64,000 nucleotides of DNA from Psilocybe cubensis (lineage: Eukaryota), in contig CM038999.1 in NCBI GenBank assembly GCA_017499595.2, positions 186,001 to 250,000 on the forward strand, in the 5' to 3' direction. The notes beneath the pieces were generated by a model. It was not told the origin of the DNA. It saw nothing but the letters and a program-made list of their open reading frames with translations, and made no database searches. The translations under genes were made by a program, and so were the position numbers. This document shows, in pieces, positions 24,738-37,100 of the stretch (its first letter is position 1; the number at the start of each line of letters is the position of its first letter).

Positions 24738-26552
24738 GGGTGGGAGCGAGGTGGTCGCCCTCCTTTTGGACTCCTGTCGGGTGACGAGAGGAGTAGGTAT
24801 GGAAGGTTTACGTGACAGTGTGATGGACGGAGAATTTTCCTCGGTGATGAGCCGGGGGAAGAAGTTGTCGATGTCAAAAAAAAAGTGGAAGGCTATCTGG
24901 TAAAGGCAGCCTCACTAACAGTAGGTTGGACTCAGGAAACCTGGAAAGACAGGACAACAATGTCTTCGTTCCGTGTGGTAAGAGACCAGTAATACAGCGT
25001 GTGTAAACTACGTACCTTCGTTCCGTGTGGTAAGAGACCAGGAACAAAGGTAAAGGAAAACAAAATTTGTGTCTACGGAATCATGTAATGTGTGTGTGTT
25101 GATGCGTGATCACTATGTGTCTAGAGGGTGTTTGTAAAAGGGTAAGTCTGGAGGTAAATTCTGCAAACCTGACATGTGTATGTATCATTCTGCGTCTATT
25201 GAGTCTTGAATATGGTGTCTCCCGTCTGAAGTCTGGAGGACACCAAGCTGAGAAACGGCAACCCTTACCACGCGTACGTTGGTAATGTAGACACCGACAT
25301 GTTGGTGTAATACCATCATGATGTCATAACATTAATATCTTTCTAGTTGAGGTGCTTGGCAAGGTGGATGTATGCATTGACAATAAGTACGTTCCGACTC
25401 CATCTGGTAGTAGGTGCATTGGTAAATCTGATTTGTCTACATGACAATGTAACTGTGAAGATGAGAGAAGCATGATCTACAGCATTTTGAGGTCAATATG
25501 TCATATGTATGTACATATATTATATAATACGAGAACGAGGTCCAAGCGAAATGGAGTTTATACCTAACGGGTGCACTGTGTGTCTAGAATATACATAACG
25601 GGAAAGATAAAAAGTCATGATGTTTAATGATTGGTTGGTATAGGACCAGCGCAGTGCGCTCGTCGCTGACTTCCGGTCGGGATAGAAGGATATCAACGAT
25701 GCGTTGGTGTCCATTCTTCTGTGCGAATTCAAGTGCTGTATAACCATTGATATTTCGCAAATTGATGTCAATGCCAGGAACTATGAGGAGGCGCTTCACA
25801 ATGTTAATGTGTCCATGTTGAGATGCCCATATAAGCGCCGTGGTGCCAAATTTGCTTTTGGTATTTACATCGACCTCCAGGAAACCAAGAAGGGTATCTA
25901 CAATAGAGAGGTAGTCTTTTTGTGCCGCCAATATAAGAGGCGGAAATATATCTTGGTAATGGGCAGTAGTAGCAGTATTGATATCTGGGAGAGTTAACAA
26001 TTGTTTAACCACATTAGGTTTGCAATTCACTAATGCCCATGTAAGTGCTGTATTGCCATCCTTGGTTGGAATATTTATGTACACGTCCGGGAATTCAAGG
26101 AGGGTATCCACAATGGAGTCATGCCCACTGAATGAGGCACTCATAAGAGCTGTCAATCCTGTTTCATTCTGTGCATTAATGTTGATGTTGGGGACCAACA
26201 ACAGGCGTTTAACCACATCTAGATAACCATTTCCTGATCCCCATATAAGTGCTGTATCTCCAAGTTTGGTCTGGATATTTATATCCACCTCCGGAAAAGA
26301 CAGGATGACATCCACAATAGAGCAGTGATTGAGTGCCGAGGCATATATAAGAGCCGTCCATCCACCTGGGCCCTGCGCATTAATATTAATTTCCGGGACC
26401 GACAACAGGCGCTTGACAACGTCAAGATAACCATTGCATGATGCTGATGCAAGTGGCGTGCTTTTAAGTTTGGTTTGGATATTCACATCCACCTCCGGGG
26501 ACCCAAGAAGAGCATCCACAATGAAGCAGTTTCCGATACTCGAGCCAAGTAA

Positions 26553-27290
26553 AAGAGCTGACCAACCATCATTATTCTGTGTATTGACAGAGATTCCCGG
26601 AACTGACAATAGGCGCTTAACAACATCAAGATGACCATTGGCTGATGCCCAAGTAAGTGCTGTGTCTCCAAATTTGTTTTGGATATTTACATCCACATCC
26701 AGAAACGAAAGGATGGAGTCCACAACAGAGCAGTACCCATAACGTGAGGCATATATGAGAGCCGTCCATCCATTTGTGCACTGTGTATTAACATTGATTT
26801 GCGGGACTGACAATAAGCACTTAACAACATCAACATGACCATTGCTTAATGCCAGTGTCAGTGCTGTGTTGCCACATCTGGTTTGTAAATTTATATTCAC
26901 CTCCGGAATCGCCAAAATAGTGTCCAGAGTTGAACAGTGACCGAAACGTGAGGCAAGTACAAGAGCTGACCAACCATCATTATTCTGTGTATTGACATAG
27001 ATTCCCGGAACTAACAATAGGCGCTTAACCACATCGAGATGGCCATTGGCTGATGCCCAATTAAGTGCCGTGTCTCCAAATTTGTTTTGGATATTTACAT
27101 CCACATCCAGAAACGAAAGGATGGAGTCCACAACAGAGCAGTACCCATAACATGAGGCATATATGAGAGCCGTCCATCCATTTGTGCACTGTGTATTAAC
27201 ATTGATTTGCGGGACTGACAACAGGCGCGTAACAACGTCAACATGACCATTGATTAATGCCAGTGTCAGTGCTGTGTTGCCAGATTCGGT
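26553..27290 (-). repeat. Recent 408-bp (four ankyrin) internal duplication in NLR 1
   Basis: aagagctgaccaaccatcattattctgtgtattgaca at 26553 and 26961 (offset 408 = 4 x 34 codons), with long near-identical continuation. Confidence 0.85.
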
Positions 27291-29803
27291 TTGGATATTT
27301 ACATCCACCTCCGGGAAAGACAAGATGGTGTCCACAATTGAGCAGTAACCAGAACTCGAGGCAACTATAAGGGAGGTCCATCCTTGGATGTTTTGTGCGT
27401 TGACATGGATTTCCGGAACTGACAAGAGACGTTTAACTATATCGAGATGGCCGCTGTACGATGCCCACATCAGTGCGGTGTCCCCCACTTTGGTTTGCAC
27501 ATTAATATCCGCTTCCGGAAAAGCAAGGATGGTATCAACAATAGAGTAGTAGCCTTGACGCGAGGCGGAGGTAAGAGCCGTCCATCCTTCAATAGTCAGT
27601 GCATTGACATCGATTTCCGGCACAGATAACAAACGCATGACCCGTGATTAATGCACATATTAATGCTGTCAGACCACGTTTGTCTTGCAAATTTACATCC
27701 ACCTGTGGAAAACAAAGAAGGACGTCCACTGCGGGGCAGTGACCCTGTGCAGAAGCATACATGAGAGCCATTGCTTTGTAAGAATCCCGACCATTGACAT
27801 TAATGTCTGGGGCAGCTAAAAGACTCTGGAGAACATCAACGTGACCATGACTTGCGGCAAACATAAGCGCTGTGAGTCCACTGCATTCAAAACATGTGTT
27901 TCTGAGATCCATCCCGTTAGGGAAGGAATCCATAGTCGGCGGATGGTCATTGCTTCCTCTGTTATATTCGACCAGTGTGGAACCTGGATTGTTACCCAAA
28001 TTGACGTCAATGCCAGGGATGGTTAAAAGACGTTTGACAACCTCTTTCTGACCTGCCGATGAAGCAAGCATAAGTGGTGTCATTCCCTCAGCGTGTTCAA
28101 CGTGCCTAGTGTCCAAATACCTTAGTTGACAGCGAATTAACTCGTACAATTGCTCTGATCCTATTATGTATACATTGGGGTTGATGATTTTTGATGTAAA
28201 AAGGATGTCGATAATGGGCACATAGCCCTCAACTGTAGCACGGACAAGGGCAGTGAGACTTTGCCGACCGGATATTTCCATCCTGAATTTTGAGATCATG
28301 AACAGAGCCTGTGCAATACTGTTGTGGCCACGAATTATTGCAACAGATAGAGCCGTAAGCCCATTGCTGTCCCTCAAGTCGGGATCAAGTCCAGGGACTC
28401 CTAGAAGGCTTTCGAATATTTGTAAAGAATTCTTGGTGGCAGCAAGTAGGAGTGCAGTGTGTCCGTTGTCGTCTTGAGAGTTCACATCAATACTAGGATG
28501 TTGGAGTAAGAGTCTAGCGACATCTGTACAATCTTTTAAGCAGGCGTATAGAAGTGACGTGCGTCCATTCAGATCGGTGGCATTGATATCAATGTTGGAG
28601 CAAGCAAGCAGGGCGCGGACAGTGTCAATGTTGCCTATATGTGATGCATGCATGAGAGCAGTAGTGCCTCTGACGTCCTGGATATTCGGATTAATTTTCC
28701 TCATCGAAACAAGTGTGCGGATGATACTGATTCGATTAAGAATGGACGAGTACATTAACGCTGTAAGGCCCCTTTTGTTCCATAAATTGAGATTGATGTC
28801 TTTGTGAAGAAGGAGCATGTTGACAATTAAGTGATGGCCTTCCTTACACGCGAGAATGAGCGCAGTGTCCCCGCTGTTTGTCTGTACATTTACGTCAATA
28901 CAAGTAGATTCGAGAAGAGACTTGACCACTGTGGTGCACCCATTTAGTGCAGCAAGTGTGAGAGGAGTATGCCTCTTGGTCGTGCGAGAATTGCACGAGT
29001 CTTCCCAGCAGAACGGAACCCGAAGACCATAGTAAGCAATGACATGGCCAGGAGTGATCCAACTGAAACCAATGCGAGAGTCAAACAACGGATAATTGGG
29101 GGTATGAAGCACAAAATCAACCAGGATTTCCGTGGGGTAAGACTCTGCATCACACTTGCCGACGTGAAAAGTCCAATTCTGATACGCATAGTCGAGGAGA
29201 GGTGCGTCCTAAGATTTCACAAGAGCTTCAAAGGACGCATATGACAGCTTGTCTAGCATTGTGAAGCGGAACGCAGTAAGGTAAGAAATGCAAGCCTTTC
29301 CAAGAAATGTATGCAGTGCTTGGATCAGCTTCTCAGGATGATTATTCAAAAACTTGTATGCTGTATGGTCTAAACAGGGAGGTTGTATGATCAACATGGA
29401 TGTCCAATCATCACTGTAAGTCAAATGTAACTCACGGACGAGGCGCACAGTTTCACTTCGGGGCAGAATTTCAATGATCCCACAGGACGAAGTGCTAAAC
29501 ATGTCTTGTATAGGAATGTCCCTTGCGTGGAACGAATTCTCCCCCTCCCGGATAGCAAGTGCATGTTGGAGCTCGGCGATTGTTAATGGACGACGAGCAT
29601 TCATAATCCACGTCATGGCACGTTTTGCAAATAATGGATACTCGCCCTGTTGGGAATCAATCCTGTTCATTATGGAGAGGTACATTGATTGCACGTCGTC
29701 AGGGAGTCTGTCCAAACTGTTTGATAACAAGGACATGGTGGTGTATCCCTGTAAGGACTGTGACTTGAGCACCGCAAGGAGGAACCTGCAAGATGTGTCA
29801 GGA

Positions 29804-31846
29804 CATCAACTAAACAGACAGTAGATTACAATGCAATGTAAACCAATACAATAATTTTTTAGTCTTACAAATCCACCCAATTTTCGGGGCCCGGTTTACA
29901 ATGTAAAGCAAAAGTTTTATTAGGTTAGAAAGTGGTCATAATTATTCAATTTAAATTTTTATTCATTTGAGTAAGTAGTAGGGACATGTTGGCATCTCAC
30001 CCCATTTATGGGTTGTTGGGGCAATGTGTGTACATTGAAAGTGCATGCAATATCAGACTAGTGTGCATGCACGTTCTCCTTCCCCACCTGCAGACCAGTG
30101 CAGTGTGCCAAGGATGGGGTGCTAATACCCATCAGACGATTATAAAAATGAAAAAGGTAAACACTTCTTCTCAGAAAGCAGGATGAAGGGCTTCTCGAAC
30201 TCGACGCGTTGGGACTTGGTGTTGGTGATGAAGTAGAGTGAAATGTAACCACGGTCGAAGCACATACCCTCGGTGATCTCAATTTCGTCCTCAATCGTCT
30301 TTCCCTCCTTTCCGACCTTCTCCATCGCCTGAGCAATCAATCCTCTAACGTGGGCGTCACCGTTTGCGGAAATAGTGGCTACCTGTGCAATTTCGGCGGT
30401 TGTCATGATAGTTTTGGCGTGTGCAGAGAGGAAAGAGACAACGCGGTCGACGGCGGCCTGAGACCCACGGCGCAGGTCCATGGAGTTGCATCCAGCTGCA
30501 ACGTTCTTGACACCTTCTGAGTAGATGGCACGCGCAAGAACAGTGGCGGTTGTCGTGCCGTCTCCAGCAATCTTGTTTGTTTTCAATGCAACATCTTGAA
30601 TCAGGCTGAACAAATCTACTTAGCACTTTGCACAAAAACAACAAAAATGAAAAGAAGTACCGAGCGCCCAGGTTCTCAAACTTGTCTTTGAGAGTTATAG
30701 ACTTTGCAACCATCACACCGTCTACCAACAACCAGACCCTCGTCAGCAAACAAGCTGCCTCTCCCAGAACCACGGAACACGCACCCTTAGTGATTTTTGG
30801 TCCACCGTACGCCTGCTCAATGATCACATTGCGACCCTTGGTCCAAGTGTCGCACATCGACACAACTATCCGAGCTATGTGAAATAGGTGCCAGTGGTTT
30901 TGACTTGGACTCAGACTTGGAGATGTTTGTCAAACACGATCAGCAGATGTCGGAGCTTCAAAATCAAATCAAGCGGAGCCTGAACTCACTTGAAGTCCCG
31001 TTGCAAGCAAATGATCACATCCACTTTGTTTACTTTCTTCCAACCACCACCATCCTCTGCCCACGGATATACCTGGGGGCAAGGTACGTGTATTCATTGT
31101 GATGTCTCCTTCTCAAACTAACATCATACAGACCTTCCTTTAACCAAAACAAGTTAGTAGATTATACTTTTTTGGTGAGTAATAGATGATTCTCACTCGG
31201 TGCTCATCAGTACTCACCACATACTAGGACCAACTATCTTGAACACTTGGGATGAAGGGTCAGTATTTTAGTCTCTATTTAGTGTGCTTTACACTACTAA
31301 CATTACTTGTGGAAGGTCCCGGACAACCAGACACTTGGATACAGACTTGAAAGCATGTACATGTGAGTATATGCGCTTTTTATTGGTTTTTGATTCATTT
31401 TTTGATGCATATATTTTGCTCCTCCTTTGCCCGTACCACTTCAGCTGTTCCGAATGCTTGAAGCTGCCTTTTCCCGTGTGTCTTCACCATTCACACCTTC
31501 TTTGTGTCATTGAGTGTAGGAATTGTCAGCTTCAGGTTCTGTTTTGGTGTTGAGGGTCTGGAGCCATGCACACTAGCATGTGGGTTCAATGTGTCTTACA
31601 TATATAGTTGTACTATTTTTATGAATAAATAATCTATTTTTCATTATGATTTTTGTGTGCTCCAAAAGGCATTACAATTGCAATACCCAAAAATATTGTA
31701 AACCTCAAAATATTTTATTCATGCTGCAATATTTCCGTTTTCTTACAACATTTCAAGAGCGTTGTAACACAGTGCGAGAATTTTGAAGAAAAAAATATTT
31801 TATTGGGTTTACAATGCTTTGTAATCTACCCGCACTTTTTATGATG
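29804..31846. mobile_element. Non-autonomous TIR element (CACTA/CMC-like) with captured host gene fragment
   Basis: CATCA...TGATG ends and imperfect TIRs with core GTAGATTACAAxGCAxTGTAAACC. Apparent 2-bp TSD GA. Subterminal TTACAAT/ATTGTAA repeats. Removal restores a 52-nt intron matching the 51-nt intron of NLR 2. Confidence 0.75.
30165..30842 (-). pseudogene. HSP60: Chaperonin 60 (GroEL family, HSP60) gene fragment with two introns
   Basis: [91 protein letters not shown]; truncated at both ends. Confidence 0.93.
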
Positions 31847-33769
31847 GATATGTTTGAATCGTCCCAAGGGAAGGTGACGCACATTCCGTTGGAAATGCTC
31901 AGAATCTTGTCACATATCTTGTTCATAAAGTCTGTGTGTTGTCCCACTATCCGAGCGACGCTGGTCGTAATCCGTATGCTATTGTGAAGAAATAGACGAA
32001 TATCTTCTTGATTCTGGTCCCCAATGGTCATGTGTATAGTGTCCGGTGGAAAAATCGAAAACCTTGAAACCAATCATTCGTGACGTGATCAACAGTGACA
32101 CGGGGAGGTCTCGAAGAATAGACACGAGCTCAATTTGTTCAAGATCCGGCAACTCGTCCAGACCATCCAGTACAACGCGAACGTTTTTGAAATACTTTAT
32201 CATATTAGAGAGTATTGAAACCAGTTCTGTTTTCGATGGACGGCTTCGTCGTACTTGGTGAGCATCGTACACTGTAAGGACATGCTCAGCAATCGTTGAA
32301 ATGCTCGAGTGATTTGCAAAAATCTGGGCAATTAGGGATCCCAAATATTGTGAAATTGTCCAGGTTTTATTGTGTCGACAGTACAAGAAGATAGCGGCAT
32401 CGGTGCCTGGAGCATCGGAGAAGCGCAGATTCATGAGGTAGTCAATAACAATTGACCTAGCATTTGCGCATAAGGAATAAGTTTAGGATTTGTTATGGAA
32501 ACTTACGCAATGATTGTCTTCCCCAATCCAGCTATCAACTATGTGATTAGATGCTTCAAGAACTAGAGTAAAATGAGACTCACACTTTCCATCTAATAGC
32601 AGAATACACCTATATCCGGATATCCAGTCCTTGAATTCCGTGGAAGACAAAAACCATTTGCCAGTTCCCATTGTGCGCTTTGAAAGGGTATCATAGTGAA
32701 ATGCTTCTGATGTGATGGGAGTTAACCATTCTACAATGTTAAGAATTTCTGCACATATCATCAGGACTTCGGTGTAGGTTTCCAAATTTTGGTGCAAATA
32801 CCCTGATTTCGGCAATACATATCTCCTTTCCCCATGTACACGGTTTCACCTGCAACGATTGTTGCATTATGAAGATTGGTAAAGTTGGCATTGGTGTATG
32901 CTCGCAATCCTGGGATGGTTAATCAATGTACTGTCAGCGGAGTACTCAAACCACACAAAGGTTTAATGAACCAGTACCTGTCGAGGTCACCGAGTTGTTT
33001 AAGGTGCTCATTACTGACAATCCAATGCCAAAGTGACCGAGAAGTAAGGGTGTTGACTGTATTCGCCTGCCGAGAGGGTGGTTGGGGTGGGAAGGTCTCT
33101 TCGCGTTTCTACGCCCTGGACCCGTTTAAACTGCCCTTGTTGAATCGTGTGAGCGTAACCAAAATAGTCCTGATGCAGTGTTTTTATAAATATAGAGCTC
33201 CCTTCATCATCCCAAACCCAGCGACATACTGTCAAACCGTGCACCAACAACAGTGCCGCAATGATGCCGGGTGCTGTTCAAACCTCTCCCCAGTGCCGAT
33301 GCTGCCGCGTATTCATGCTCAGGTTAAAGCTCCGCCTAAGTGATGTGCCGTACGGCAACGACCCGCTTCATGATTGCTCATTCGTTAAAGCAAACTCTAC
33401 CGTTATACGTAGAAAATGCATCCCATTCATTGTTTTTTTACGCATGCATATCATGATGGTCGCTATTAGTATCAGCGGCATCCGTCTGAAATAGATCACA
33501 GCTACATCTGTTCTTGACACCTGTGCTGTCACCCGAATTATAACAAACTCATGCCACAACACTTTTGTATGCCGTGCTGCTGCCTACAGCAGCTGTAGAA
33601 CTGTCAGCAATAAAAAATGATCTCTTCGCACCATGCATCTACGAACATCCCAACGCGTGGGAAGATGATGAATGAACAGAATTTTCCACACAACAGATGC
33701 AATGTGTAGTATCAGAAAAAGGAAAAGAAAAAGAAGAACATGGTTGAATTGCTTTATGTCCAAGCGCCA

Positions 33770-34175
33770 CTGAAAATGCGGACAAACATAATCCATTGAT
33801 CCAACGTTATTCCATTCTTCCTCATTGATCTTATAGCTGCATTTAACGATTTAGCAAAATCTTTGGAACATATATTTGTAAATTGCCTGCGCAATGGTTG
33901 GCCCATCTTCGTCGTTCATCTCCCACATTGTACCTACCACGCTTCGGAACTGAACTGAACTGCAACGCATGCGGCAAATGGATGCTTTCGTCTTGACGTA
34001 CGATTGTCTCCCATAGCGCTGCAACATTTGGCGAACGGCATTTTTGCTCGCAGCCATGAAGCTCGACCGACGCCCTGGAGGGATTGTCTTTACTGTCTAA
34101 ACGGCCATAGTACGAAAAATGAACCTATGAATGTTGCTTTGGAAGTGCTGGGACTGAGTTGCGATCTTTGCTTAC
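33770..34175 (-). pseudogene. Degenerate 3' fragment of a CHAT protease gene (paralog of 59252-62140)
   Basis: RSVVGTMWEMNDEDGPTIAQA is identical to the intact gene; nucleotide similarity to ~59260-59720 with several deletions. Confidence 0.88.
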
Positions 34176-37100
34176 TTGCGTGCCCGCTTGTGAATTGATT
34201 ATACAGCGTTTAGGAGTCGTATGTTTTGGACACCGATTACGGTGCTGTAAAAAATAGGAGGCACCACCGATTGTAAGTATGTATACAGCATGAGCACAAA
34301 CCACCACAGCGTCCACATGTTGGCGTTTGCTCAATGGGCACCAAGCACATCAATAACGACGACCAGCCAAACTTGCTCAATGTAATATCCAATTCCAAAT
34401 TCACTTATGAAGTGTACCCAGCCTCTCCCAATTCTTCTAAGAATCTCCTCCTTCCATTGCCCCTGAAATCCTCTCACTGTCACTTGACTGCATCACGCCC
34501 AGTATATGACAGGTTCACAGCAACAAGGAGGGAATGAAAAGAGAATAACAAAAGAAAAGGCGATATGTGTGGGATGTATTGCAGATGAAGAAGGAAAAGG
34601 TAAGGTAATCCAAGCCAAGCGGGTGGAAAGGACTGCGCGCAACGCAGCACGCCGGCCAAATTCGCAAAGCGAGTCTCAGCGCAGGTATAACAACATGCAT
34701 TCAACGTACAACCCTCCTGCACCCGCGCTGACGCTGTGTTCCTTGAATCGATCAAACACACTGTCCAACTTATGGCACCCGCTACGCTTCACTCCTCTTC
34801 CTATACATGTGGTCCTCATTTTCCTTCTCATTCTGGTGATATTGCCCGCTATCCGGCTGCGCCTCACAGAGTCTATCGAGATTGTAGACAGACGCTCACA
34901 CACACCGAGCTCATACCCGACGCAACTCTGTTCAGCACAGCCACTTCTCTGTCCTACACCTCTGTCAGTGTCTGCTCAGCGGGTGCCTCCCCCTGGTCCA
35001 AGAGAAGCATGGACGTCAAACATGCGGATGTGGAACTTGGGTGTTGCGGTGTGAACCACGCGTGTCTGGTGGTTGAATTGAGTACCACTCGCGAGTTCCA
35101 GAAATAGTACGGCAACATTGTCCCACCGCGTCTCATCCATCTCCGTCGTCGGATGCTTCTCTCCGCATCTTGGGTTGTCGTCGTCGTCGATGGTGGTGGC
35201 CCGTCAGAAGTGGTTAGTCACGCGTCATGGTTCACCCAGTGGTGGTGCCGTATTTGGTCTTGTTATGCACGGGGCATAAACAAAAATAGCATCATGCACA
35301 GTTTTCTTGCTTGGCTCTTCCACTGCTTACCTAGATGCGGGTCTTCAATTCCAAACTCATCCCAAGCGAGAGCTGAATCTACTATGATCCTAAAATCAGT
35401 AGGGAAGAACTAAATGAAAGAAAGAAACTCGCCAAAAGATTGTTACGGTTAGTCCGAATACCCCTGGGACGTGTTTTTGCCGCTAGTACTGGTCCTACTA
35501 TTCAATCCTGGCTGCCCTTCTTCCCTAGCGGACGCCTCTTTCTCCTTGGTGGTGCGTCAATTTCTTTAGTGGAAACATTATCGAAGTTAATAGATTGGAT
35601 AGAAAGCGGCTGTCATGTGGTCGGTCAACGTGTGAGAAGACAGAGTATTGGATGGGTCATTTTATTTGACAGCGAGACCGGGTCCAAACATTCATCCTGG
35701 CACTGTATCAAGGCTCGCGGCTAGACTCTAGTGCACGTATGAGAATGCTTTCCTGGGACTGCATCGATTAACCCGTTAGTCCCTCATGATTCATAATAGA
35801 TAATCATATCCAGTCTGTTTTGCGAATTTCATTCAACCTAACTCACTTTCTTTTTTAACTTTCTTTAGAATTTGAGCTGCATAAAACAGGTTTTGTCGTT
35901 ATCACACCAACTCCTCCTCATAAATCTCGATATTCTGTACCGACGCGACACGACGCGTGTGGACGTTGACATTAAGACGAATCGAGTCCTCGTCAAATCC
36001 TGTCCAGATTTGCACGTACTCCTACTGGGAAAACACACCAACAACGTGCGTACGGTGTGAGTATCACTTCTCAGTAAGAATTAATTGTTTGTGTATCCTC
36101 GACCGCTTGCCTGTATCAGCACATCCTCCATCTTCACATCCTCCTTCTGCACAGTCATTTTGTCTATATGAAAGTATAATTGCGAATAGAAAAGAAGTCC
36201 AATATACAGTATAGTGAGGCATATATGTCATCTGTATGTACACATATTATATATACCGCGAGAACGAGAGACAAGTGAAAAGGAGTTAATACCCAAAAGT
36301 TGTACTTTTTGTCTAAAATATGCATAGTGGGACAGAGAAATAGTCTGCGGTTTGATGATCGGCTGGTATAGGACAAGCGCGGTACGCTCGTCGCTCACTT
36401 CAGGACGGGAGAACAGTATATCCACAATGGATTGATGCCTTGTCGTTCGTGCCATTTCGAGTGCTGTATAGCCATTGATGTCTCGCAAATTGATATCCAT
36501 CGCAGGGAATGTTAGGAGGCTTTTCACTATATCAATGTGTCCATTGACCGATGCCCGTGTAAGTGCTGTGTTGCCGTACTTATCTTGGATATTTATATCC
36601 ACCTTTGGAAAACCAAGGATAGCGTCTACGATAGAACAGTAACCATCTCTTGCAGCATACATGAGAGCTGTACATCCATCAATATTTTGTATATTGACAT
36701 TGGTATCCGGGAAAGATAAGAGGCTCTTAACAACATTAACATGACCCCGATATGCTGCCAATGTAAGCGCTGTTTCGTCATTGTTGGTTTGGATATTTAC
36801 ATTCACATTCTGACTACCAATGAGGGCATCCACAATAGAGCAGTACCCATCTGTAGAAGCATTTATCAGAGCTGTGAGTCCATCGGTATTTTGTGCATTG
36901 ACATTGAGTGGTGGGACGGACAAGAGGCGCTTAACAACATCAAGATGACCTCCATATGCTGCCAACATAAGCGCGGTGTCTCCCAAGTTGGTTTGGATAT
37001 TTACATCAACCTTTTGAAAGCCGAGGAGGGCGTCCACTACAGAGCGGTGACCATTTGCTGAAGCAGCTATCAAAGCTGTGAATCCATCGGTATTTTGTGC

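Larger units (their letters stand above)
6588..25158 (-). mobile_element. Ty3/Gypsy chromovirus copy B, split by a nested KDZ transposon
   Basis: 3' LTR at 6588-6873. 5' LTR at 24886-25158 lacks its last ~13 bp, so no TSD is recoverable. gag-pol at 24737-20884 resumes at 8182-6996 after the 12.7-kb insert. Related to but diverged from copy A. Confidence 0.93.
25584..33011 (-). pseudogene. Fungal NLR copy 1: short N-terminal motif, NACHT, winged helix, ankyrin repeats (disrupted)
   Basis: Spliced ATG at 33011. TGKWFLSSTEFKDW, Walker A split by introns (GK|AGLGKT), Walker B VVLDGLDE, RRPLTIAELQHALA, and over 25 ankyrin repeats. TAG at 29209-29211 (His in copy 2), frameshift near 27640, and a 2-kb insertion in an intron. 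Confidence 0.9.

Noticed and set aside
30140-30863. Functional HSP60 gene or bacterial groEL transfer
   Set aside because: Truncated at both ends, has an internal deletion, contains spliceosomal introns, and lies inside a TIR element.
34334-35800. Several 60-180 aa ORFs between the CHAT relic and NLR 2, considered as a gasdermin or effector
   Set aside because: No recognisable motif or consistent exon chain by eye; a profile search is needed before any call.
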